64,000 nucleotides of DNA from Chitinophagaceae bacterium (lineage in GTDB: Bacteria > Bacteroidota > Bacteroidia > Chitinophagales > Chitinophagaceae), in NCBI GenBank assembly GCA_036520835.1, contig DATDIX010000324.1, forward strand, positions 17,332 through 81,331, read 5' to 3'. The stretch's first letter is position 1, and each line of letters starts with the position of its first letter. Below the pieces are notes generated by a model. It had not been told where the DNA came from, did not search any database, and worked only from the letters and a program-made list of their open reading frames with translations. Position numbers and translations under genes: made by a program. This document shows positions 19,728 to 27,330 of this stretch, one piece after another.

Positions 19728-20755
19728 TTCCTGTTCTTACTTAGTTGTACAGCGCTTTCGATCGCCAGTATCATGGCATCTGCGCTGGCAATACCTTTCC
19801 CTGCTATTTCAAAAGCAGTACCATGATCAACAGATGTGCGGATGATCGGCAAACCCATTGTTATATTCACTCCTTTCACACTATCCATTTGTTTCTTTTC
19901 TGCATTCCATTTGAAACCTGCGAGTTTAAAGGGGATATGCCCCTGGTCATGATACATAGCGACAACACCTCCATAAGCGCCGGTAGCTGCTTTTGCAAAT
20001 AAAGTGTCAGGAGGAACCGGGCCCTCCACATCAAAACCCATTTTCTTTGCTTCTTCCACTGCAGGTAATATCTCCAGGTCATCTTCCGTACCAAATAAGC
20101 CGCTATCACCGGCATGGGGGTTCAACCCCGCGATGCCAATTTTTAAATTTGTTTCACCCAGGCTGATCATACCATTATATAACAGCTGTGTCACTTCCAG
20201 TATGCGGTCTTTTTTTACCAGGTCGCAGGCCTGTCTTAATGATACATGCGTGGAAACATGGATCACTTTCATTTTGTCCTCCACCAGCAGCATGGCGTAT
20301 TTCTTTGTGCCCGTATAGTGAGCATAAATTTCTGTATGTCCCGCAAAATGATGCCCTGCTTCGTTGATCGATTTTTTATTGATAGGCCCGGTCACTGTTG
20401 CATCCACCTCTTTTGCCAATGCCAGTTCAATTGCTTTCTTCACTGCCTGGAAAGAGGCTTCCCCGCACATCGCAGCTATCTGGCCAAACACTAATTTGCT
20501 GGTATCAGTATTTTTCAAATCGTAGACATCAATAGTACCCAACTTAAATTTTGCATTGGCCACTTTATCAATGGCATTCACTTTTGCTTTTAATTTCAGC
20601 AGAGCAATGATCTGTTCAAACACGTCAGCGTCGCCCACCAAAACTGGTCTGCATATCTCATGAATCTTTTTTTCCAGCAATGCTTTTACGGCGATCTCCG
20701 GCCCGATACTCGCAGGGTCACCCATCGTTATTGCTATGATCGGTAATGAAGCCAT
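19724..20755 (-). CDS. pdxA2: PdxA-family NAD-dependent decarboxylating dehydrogenase (PdxA2-type, 4-phospho-tetronate dehydrogenase class)
   Basis: The 343-aa product carries the motifs IAITMGDPASIGPEI, HTEIYA and AMYHDQGHIPFK, which are typical of PdxA. Its position beside a DUF1537 kinase is the PdxA2 signature. Confidence 0.75.
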   Translation of the reverse strand: MASLPIIAITMGDPASIGPEIAVKALLEKKIHEICRPVLVGDADVFEQIIALLKLKAKVNAIDKVANAKFKLGTIDVYDLKNTDTSKLVFGQIAAMCGEASFQAVKKAIELALAKEVDATVTGPINKKSINEAGHHFAGHTEIYAHYTGTKKYAMLLVEDKMKVIHVSTHVSLRQACDLVKKDRILEVTQLLYNGMISLGETNLKIGIAGLNPHAGDSGLFGTEDDLEILPAVEEAKKMGFDVEGPVPPDTLFAKAATGAYGGVVAMYHDQGHIPFKLAGFKWNAEKKQMDSVKGVNITMGLPIIRTSVDHGTAFEIAGKGIASADAMILAIESAVQLSKNRK

Positions 20756-20757
20756 GA

Positions 20758-21660
20758 CTATCTCTCTATTTCTTTTAAAGATTGAACTAATTTTATTTTT
20801 TCTTCCTTTGATACTGGCTGCAAAGGAGGCATCACTGTCTCTTCACACAGGCCTTTTTCATTCATCAGTACTTTCAGCGCCCATAAACTCTCTCCTAAAG
20901 TTTTGTTGCTTTGGTACAGGTTACCATACGCATCAGACAATTGCTGCATTTCATAGGCTTTTTTATGATCAGCATTATCAACAGCTTTCAGCATTTCTGA
21001 ATAAATCTCCGGCACAAGGTTACCTGTACTCGGTACCAGGCCATCACTACCCCCGATAAGGGCAATAGCCGATTTGGCTGCCCAGCCCAGGAAATGCCCA
21101 AAATCCGTTCGTTCTTTCCATTTCTCCAAAGATTTCATCAACCGCTCTTCACTTCTTTCAGAATCCTTGGTCGCCACAATATGCGGATGATGACTCAATT
21201 CATCTATCAGTTCAACCGGGATACTCATATGTGTAGTAGCCGTGATATTATAAATGATCAACGGAGCAGCTATCGCATCCGCCAGGTCAATAAAATATTT
21301 TTTCATCTGGCTTTCTGACAAAGCGTAATAAGAAGGCAGGGTCGCAGCTACTGCATCCACGCCATTATCAAAACAAAACTTTGCAAAATCAACTGACTCA
21401 CTTAAACAATTGGAGGAGATGCCCGCATACAAAACCGTATCTTTCATTTTTACCTGTAACGCTTTTCTTACGTACGCCTCTTTTACCGGTAAGGACAATG
21501 AAGCTGATTCACCGGTGGTGCCTAAAATAAATGGTGATATATTCTGCTGATAAAACCTTGTAAATATTTTCTCAACAGCTCCCTCGTCCAGCTTGTAACC
21601 GGGGGTAAGCGGCGTAATTGCCGGCACAATAATTCCCTGGTATTTTTTATCCTTTCTCAT
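20758..21660 (-). CDS. DHDPS/NanA-family class I pyruvate aldolase (paralog 1)
   Basis: It contains the LGTTGESASLS motif and a Schiff-base lysine context (IVATKDS). The track start at 21663 is TTG. The ATG at 21660 overlaps the upstream TGA by 1 nt (TGATG). Confidence 0.8.
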   Translation of the reverse strand: MRKDKKYQGIIVPAITPLTPGYKLDEGAVEKIFTRFYQQNISPFILGTTGESASLSLPVKEAYVRKALQVKMKDTVLYAGISSNCLSESVDFAKFCFDNGVDAVAATLPSYYALSESQMKKYFIDLADAIAAPLIIYNITATTHMSIPVELIDELSHHPHIVATKDSERSEERLMKSLEKWKERTDFGHFLGWAAKSAIALIGGSDGLVPSTGNLVPEIYSEMLKAVDNADHKKAYEMQQLSDAYGNLYQSNKTLGESLWALKVLMNEKGLCEETVMPPLQPVSKEEKIKLVQSLKEIER

Positions 21661-22808
21661 CAATAAGCGGCTTTATAAATTTCAACGGCATCTTTTTCTT
21701 CGATCGGTCTCGGGTTATTTTTCAGCAGGCGTTGGATCTTCAAAGCGTCAACCGCCATTTGTGGGATAGCCGATTCAGGCACATTCACTTCTTTTAACGT
21801 GGCAGGAATACCACATGCTTTGATCAGGCTTTTTATTTTGCTGACACCGGCATAGGCTGTTGCTTCATCATTACTTTGTCTTTCACAACCCAGGGCAACA
21901 GCTACATCTGCATAGCGTTTCTCGGCAGCAGGAATATTATACTCCATTACATAAGGTAATAACAATGCATTGGACAAACCATGCGCCAGGTGAAACATAC
22001 TTCCGAGCGGATAAGATAAGGCATGAACCCCTGCTGTATTGACGGGGCCTAAACAAAATCCTCCGTACAAACTACCCATCGCTACCTGTGTACGTGCCTC
22101 AACATTGTTACCCTCTTTTACGGCTGTTTCAATATTTGCGGCGATCAAACGGATGCCTTCATAGGCATACATATCTATAAAAGGTAAAGCAAATTTGTTG
22201 GTATACGCTTCAAGGCAATGGGTCAACGCATCTATCCCTGTAGCCGCAGTTATAGCGGGAGGGACGGAGATCGTCAGCATCGGGTCAACATATACTATAT
22301 CCGGAACGAGATAAGGACTGATGATCCCTTTTTTTTGATTGTCTTCATCTACCAGTATCGCATTGGGTGATACTTCGCTGCCTGTACCGGATGTAGCAGG
22401 TACACAGATCAGTTTTTTCTTTCTTCCTTTCAATAACCCGATACCGACATATTCTTGTAACTGTTGTTCATTTTCTAATTGTGCAGCCACCAGTTTAGCG
22501 ATATCCAGTACACTGCCACCCCCAATACCGATCACTATGTCGGGATTGAATGGTGTTACTGTCTGCATGAGCTTTTCAAAATCACTGAATGTGGGCTCCT
22601 GCACAATAGAAGTATCGGTTAATATTGTAATCCGGCTTCTTTCAAGCAGGGCAATAAAATCAGCAATAGCTTCCTTTAAAGGGATGATGGTAGCAATAAA
22701 AACTTTAGCCGGTTTTAACTCCAGTACGTCATCTGCCAGCTGTACCAGGGTACCATTACCAAAAACTAATTTACCGGGAAAGAATATTTTGAGAGGATTG
22801 ACAGGCAT
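21660..22808 (-). CDS. Iron-containing (group III) alcohol dehydrogenase, FucO/lactaldehyde-reductase-like
   Basis: The 382-aa product has GIGGGSVLDIAKLVAA and a His-rich metal site (HALSYPLGSMFHLAHG). Confidence 0.8.
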   Translation of the reverse strand: MPVNPLKIFFPGKLVFGNGTLVQLADDVLELKPAKVFIATIIPLKEAIADFIALLERSRITILTDTSIVQEPTFSDFEKLMQTVTPFNPDIVIGIGGGSVLDIAKLVAAQLENEQQLQEYVGIGLLKGRKKKLICVPATSGTGSEVSPNAILVDEDNQKKGIISPYLVPDIVYVDPMLTISVPPAITAATGIDALTHCLEAYTNKFALPFIDMYAYEGIRLIAANIETAVKEGNNVEARTQVAMGSLYGGFCLGPVNTAGVHALSYPLGSMFHLAHGLSNALLLPYVMEYNIPAAEKRYADVAVALGCERQSNDEATAYAGVSKIKSLIKACGIPATLKEVNVPESAIPQMAVDALKIQRLLKNNPRPIEEKDAVEIYKAAY

Positions 22809-22821
22809 CTTTATTGATAAA

Positions 22822-23799
22822 TTATATAGCAGGATCCAAAGGCACTTTGGGTAGCATCAGGCTTTCAATATCAACCGGTTTTATTTTCAACCGCTCACAC
22901 CACAACCCGAAACTATCATGTATCTCATTCAGGGTTTGTTTCTGTTGGGGTGTCAACTCCAAAGCTGTTGCCCGGCTGATCGTTCGTATCGGCAATCCTC
23001 TTTTACGTAAAAAATATTTAGCACTCATGGGGTATGCCACATGTATCAGCGGGTCAACGCGGCTGATCTCCGATTGCAGCCATTTCACTTCTTCCTGCTT
23101 ATCCGGGTTAGTGGCATTGTTTACCATCCACACTAATATCTCGGGGTAAAAATTACCGGAAATAGATGACATCCCCTTTGCACCCATCTGCAAACTATAC
23201 ATTGCATTGGGTGAATGAGCATCGTAGAACTCCAGGCTATTCCCTGTATCTTTTAATATATCCAGCTTGGCCTTTACCCTTTCCAGTTCGATAGACGTGT
23301 CTTTATGATACACCAGCCGGTTAGCCGACAACAAGGTCTTGAATGTATCCGGCCCAATGATCCTTTTATACGGTGCCGGGCATTCATACATTCCCAAAGG
23401 AATATTGCCGGTAAGTTTGAACATCTTATCAAAATTGCGCAGCAGTATATCGTCACTGTCTTCAATATTGGCATAATGGCCGGTGATCAGTATCACCGCA
23501 CTAATTCCCGTATCATATATTTTCTTCGTAAACTCTGCTTTGTCTTCGATCGTCAGACCGAATGAACCGGTAGCCACTACCGGCACACGGCCATTGACAT
23601 ACTTCACAATATGCTGCGTCAGCTCCAGTCTTTCATCCTCTGTAATACTATACATTTCACTGCTCAGGCAATTAGCGAAAAAACCTTTGACACCCGCAGC
23701 TAAATAAAAATCAATGAGGTTACTCACCACATCCAGATCAACCTTTGCTTTGAGGTTGAAGGGGGTGATCATTACCGGAACAAATTTTCTGTCACTCAT
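22822..23799 (-). CDS. DHDPS/NanA-family class I aldolase (divergent paralog 2)
   Basis: The 325-aa product starts VPVMITPF and has a lysine context of VYHKDTS. The usual GxxGE motif is replaced by ANCLSSEMYS. Confidence 0.7.
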   Translation of the reverse strand: MSDRKFVPVMITPFNLKAKVDLDVVSNLIDFYLAAGVKGFFANCLSSEMYSITEDERLELTQHIVKYVNGRVPVVATGSFGLTIEDKAEFTKKIYDTGISAVILITGHYANIEDSDDILLRNFDKMFKLTGNIPLGMYECPAPYKRIIGPDTFKTLLSANRLVYHKDTSIELERVKAKLDILKDTGNSLEFYDAHSPNAMYSLQMGAKGMSSISGNFYPEILVWMVNNATNPDKQEEVKWLQSEISRVDPLIHVAYPMSAKYFLRKRGLPIRTISRATALELTPQQKQTLNEIHDSFGLWCERLKIKPVDIESLMLPKVPLDPAI

Positions 23800-23819
23800 A
23801 TCTCGCTTATTTAGAAGGT

Positions 23820-23887
23820 ATAAATATTCGATTTTTTAGCCCCAAAAAGATGTAGGATACTACTATTGTCCTGTATTATTTTACTTT
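23820..23887 (-). promoter_or_regulatory. Degenerate fourth copy of the operator-promoter module (candidate internal promoter)
   Basis: The minus strand reads AAAGTAAAATAATACAGGACAATAG (23887..23863). ATAG is retained at module position 22, TACATC (23854..23849) sits at module positions 34-39, and AATATTTAT (23828..23820) falls one nt short of the usual spacing. The ATG at 23799 follows. Confidence 0.35.
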
Positions 23888-23890
23888 TTA

Positions 23891-25459
23891 TCAGCTGGCA
23901 GCCACTATCTTACCGGTCCTGAACCTCGTTAGCAATAACCCCGCTAAAAAGATCGTCAGTGTTCCCACCACTATGATCATATTCTTGTGCAGCGGGCTCT
24001 TCAGAAAATTGTATTCCCCGCTGATCCTGTCGGAGAAGGTCATCCATAAAATAACGATAATACCAATGATCGTAGCCGTTAATGCTTCCGCATTCTTTGC
24101 CCTGCGGCTGATCAGTCCCAGCAAAAACAATCCCAGCATACCCCCTGCAAAAATACCTGACAACTCCCACCATATATCCAATAAACTTTTTGCACCGATC
24201 ATCGCCAGCCCGGTACCCAGCCCGATCAACCCGAATATGACTGTCGCCATATGCAGGATGAACAATTGCTGTTTATCGGTGATGCCCGGTCTGAAATGTC
24301 TTTTATAAATATCCATCGTGAAAACAGTAGCTGATGAATTCATATTAGAACTGATGGTACTCATAGCCGCAGACAAGATAGCAGAGACTATTAAACCCAC
24401 TAAGCCGGTTGGAACATTCGTCACCATGAAATGCGGTAACACTTTATCTCCGTAATCTGCGGCTTTAAATGACGCAGCCATTTCTGTTACCTGTTGTGAA
24501 GTAGCAACACTTCCCAACTTTTCTGCTGCCGCTTTTAATTTTACCGGTTCTATCATTTCCGGGTGCACCTGGTAAAATGCATATAAGGCAGCGCCGATGA
24601 TAAAAAATAATAAAGAAGCCGGCACATACATAGCTACACATAGCCACACAGATTTACTTGCTTGTTTTGCCGAGGTAGCGGTATGGTATCGTTGAATATA
24701 ATTCTGGTCCATACCAAAATTATTCAGGTTGATAAAGAAGCCATAGAACAGGATGACCCAGAATGTAGATTCGGTAAAATTGGGTGAAAGGCTTCCAAGA
24801 CTTAATTTATGATCCGCTTTAGCAATATCGATCACCTCCGAAAATCCACCCGGGATCTCTTTCACCACCAGGAACAATATTAAAACAGCACCCAATGTTT
24901 TAATAATACCCTGCACTACTTCCGTCCATATCACCGCTTCCATACCGCCGAGTACCGTATATATAATGATACAAATACCCATCACGATCATGATGGAAGC
25001 CATGGAGAAGCCTGTCAATGCCTGCAGGCTTAAAGCCATTCCAAAAAAAATAGAACCCATCCTCGCAAACTGTGTCAATAAAAAACAAACAACTGCATAG
25101 GTTCTTGCCCAGGAGCCAAAACGTTTTTCCAAATGTGTGTAGGCTGATATTTCCCCGGTGCTCCTGTAAAACGGGACAAAATATTTTGACGCAGCCCATG
25201 CAGCCAATGGCATAGAGATGCTGAATACAAAAGCATTCCAGTTACTGCCAAATGCCTTACCTGGTACGCCTAAAAAAGTATTGCTGCTTAAAAAGGTTGC
25301 ATAGATAGAAAGTCCGATGGCCCAGCCGGGGATCTTTCCAGATGCCCTGGTAAACTGCTCTGTATTCTTATTCCGCCGGGAAAAATAAAAGCCAATTGCT
25401 ACCATCGCAAGGAGGTACACAATGATTATGGCAATATCAAATACAGGCAGGCTATTCAT
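23891..25459 (-). CDS. Sodium:solute symporter family transporter (SSS paralog 3)
   Basis: The 522-aa product is polytopic. Its N-terminus is similar to that of the 16957-18510 paralog. Confidence 0.85.
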   Translation of the reverse strand: MNSLPVFDIAIIIVYLLAMVAIGFYFSRRNKNTEQFTRASGKIPGWAIGLSIYATFLSSNTFLGVPGKAFGSNWNAFVFSISMPLAAWAASKYFVPFYRSTGEISAYTHLEKRFGSWARTYAVVCFLLTQFARMGSIFFGMALSLQALTGFSMASIMIVMGICIIIYTVLGGMEAVIWTEVVQGIIKTLGAVLILFLVVKEIPGGFSEVIDIAKADHKLSLGSLSPNFTESTFWVILFYGFFINLNNFGMDQNYIQRYHTATSAKQASKSVWLCVAMYVPASLLFFIIGAALYAFYQVHPEMIEPVKLKAAAEKLGSVATSQQVTEMAASFKAADYGDKVLPHFMVTNVPTGLVGLIVSAILSAAMSTISSNMNSSATVFTMDIYKRHFRPGITDKQQLFILHMATVIFGLIGLGTGLAMIGAKSLLDIWWELSGIFAGGMLGLFLLGLISRRAKNAEALTATIIGIIVILWMTFSDRISGEYNFLKSPLHKNMIIVVGTLTIFLAGLLLTRFRTGKIVAAS

Positions 25460-25474
25460 CGTTAGTGTTAACCG

Positions 25475-26596
25475 TTAATCATCCGAAGGTTTTGTCACCG
25501 TGTTCACCACCCCCGGCCATTGCTCCTTTTTGATCTCTTTCAGCTGTAGTTTTTTGGGATCAACCACTACGTATTTGATCCTTTCCCTTCTCCATGTATA
25601 AACAATATGCACCAGCCCGTCTTTTGATTCTATCACTGATGGATAGGAATATTGACTGATGGGCGAATCTTCCAGGATCAAAGCGGCATACCATTTTTTC
25701 CCATCTGTTGATACAGCTACATTTAAAGGCGTTCTCGCTCCTTTGCCATTGGGCAAAGTATCATGTGGTTTTACATGATTATACACCAGTAACTGTTTTC
25801 CGTCCTCCAGGGTTACGGCATCTGTGCCGGAATTATTATTAGGCAATGATGAAGCAGTCATAGCGCTCCATGTTTTTCCGCCATCTTTGCTCCAGCTTTC
25901 ATTGATCGTTCTGTTCTTGCTCCTGCATAATACCTGCAGGCTCCCATCCTTATATTTTAAAATGGATGGTTGTATGGCACTGATGATCTTACCATCATTG
26001 ATGGGTTCTGATTTTGTCCATGTCCTGCCAAGGTCATTGGTGTATTCAAAATGCACTTTCCAACCGTTTTTCTCCGTACTCGAAGGACATATCAATGTGC
26101 CATTGATCAGTTCAGGCTTGTTTTTTATGGGGCCCAAAAACCCGGCGGGTAATGCTTCCCGCTGGCTCCAGGTATGGCCATTATCTTTTGAGCGTATCAT
26201 CCATCCTGTCCAGCCTCCTACATTAGGACCTATTTTATAGAACAATAACAATTCCCCGTTGGGTACCTGGAACAATACAGGATTGTAACAGGCATAACGG
26301 GTAGTATCATTGATGACCCCTTCAGCCACTTTAGCAGGCGCTGTCCATTTATTATTTACAAGATGGCTTGTCCATATACATACATCTTTATGTCCTTCCC
26401 TTGTACCACCAAACCAGGCAGCAATAATGCCTTCAGGAGTTTCTGCAATAGTGGATGCATGTGCCGACGGAAAAGAGGCTTCGGTATAGATGAATTCATC
26501 CACCAGGATGCCTTTTTTCCATTTGGTATCCTGTGCCTGCATACAATTGAATCCCGCAAGCAGGATAAATATGCCGGTTATAAATTGTTTCTTCAT
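25475..26596 (-). CDS. Secreted sialidase-fold (BNR/Asp-box) beta-propeller glycosidase; candidate ulosonic-acid (Kdo/Dha) hydrolase
   Basis: The 373-aa product has a signal peptide and four Asp-box-like motifs (SKDNGHTWS, TNDLGRTWT, SKDGGKTWS, STDGKKWY). Confidence 0.7.
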   Translation of the reverse strand: MKKQFITGIFILLAGFNCMQAQDTKWKKGILVDEFIYTEASFPSAHASTIAETPEGIIAAWFGGTREGHKDVCIWTSHLVNNKWTAPAKVAEGVINDTTRYACYNPVLFQVPNGELLLFYKIGPNVGGWTGWMIRSKDNGHTWSQREALPAGFLGPIKNKPELINGTLICPSSTEKNGWKVHFEYTNDLGRTWTKSEPINDGKIISAIQPSILKYKDGSLQVLCRSKNRTINESWSKDGGKTWSAMTASSLPNNNSGTDAVTLEDGKQLLVYNHVKPHDTLPNGKGARTPLNVAVSTDGKKWYAALILEDSPISQYSYPSVIESKDGLVHIVYTWRRERIKYVVVDPKKLQLKEIKKEQWPGVVNTVTKPSDD

Positions 26597-26597
26597 A

Positions 26598-27323
26598 CTA
26601 CTGATTCGTTTTTTGTTTTTCTGCTTCTTTTTGCGCTTTTACTTTATCAACATAAGCCTTGTACAACTGTCGCCAGTTACGGCCATTATTATTCAGGTAT
26701 TGCTCACATTTCGTTTTATAGATCTCGAAAATAGCAGAGATCTGTGTCATACTTTTATAATCAATCGCCTGCTCCCTTGCCTGCTTGAGGTGTTCAAGGA
26801 TCTTTGTCGCTTCTTCTTTTGTCAGATCAGGAACGATTGATTTGTACCCGGCCAGGGTAAATGCCACTTTACCTATTGTATACTTATCCAATATTAACTC
26901 TACCTGCTCAGGCGCCAGTTCTTTCTTTAATACACTCATGAGGTTCTCATGCACAGATGCAGGCTTTGCAGAATTAGCGATCACCTGCCGGTCAAGCTCT
27001 GACAATTTATTACCGGTGACGGGATTAATACCCGCAGGAACAGTGGTAAAAGGATGCTCGTTATTCCAGTCACGGACAGCCTTCAAATGCGTGGCAACAG
27101 CATCGGCAACTCTTTTCTCCTTTGCCGGATCATTTAACTGTAACCCTGCGACCCATTCAGTGGCTTTCGTTTCCAGTTCAGTATTTGCTTTAGCTACAGC
27201 TTCTTCCGCTGATAATTTTGTTGAAACTGTGCTTTGTGTTTCCTGCCCCTTCGCAGTTTGAAGAACGGTACCGGTAATGAACAACACAGTGCACAATAAA
27301 CAATTGGTAATTTTTTTCAGCAT
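26598..27323 (-). CDS. DUF3826-family secreted protein (paralog 1), function unknown
   Basis: The 241-aa product has a signal peptide and is helical and Lys/Glu-rich (LILDKYTIGKVAFTLAGYK...EQAIDYKS). It is recognisably paralogous to the product of 58399-59181. Confidence 0.65.
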   Translation of the reverse strand: MLKKITNCLLCTVLFITGTVLQTAKGQETQSTVSTKLSAEEAVAKANTELETKATEWVAGLQLNDPAKEKRVADAVATHLKAVRDWNNEHPFTTVPAGINPVTGNKLSELDRQVIANSAKPASVHENLMSVLKKELAPEQVELILDKYTIGKVAFTLAGYKSIVPDLTKEEATKILEHLKQAREQAIDYKSMTQISAIFEIYKTKCEQYLNNNGRNWRQLYKAYVDKVKAQKEAEKQKTNQ

Positions 27324-27330
27324 TGTTTAA

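Noticed and set aside
21660-22808. Reading the Fe-ADH plus the aldolases as a standard L-fucose/L-rhamnose non-phosphorylative pathway (KDF/KDR aldolase plus lactaldehyde reductase).
   Set aside because: I kept this as an explicit alternative but did not prefer it. The sugar dehydrogenase, lactonase and acid-sugar dehydratase that the route requires are absent from the block. It would also leave the adjacent DUF1537/PdxA2 pair unexplained.
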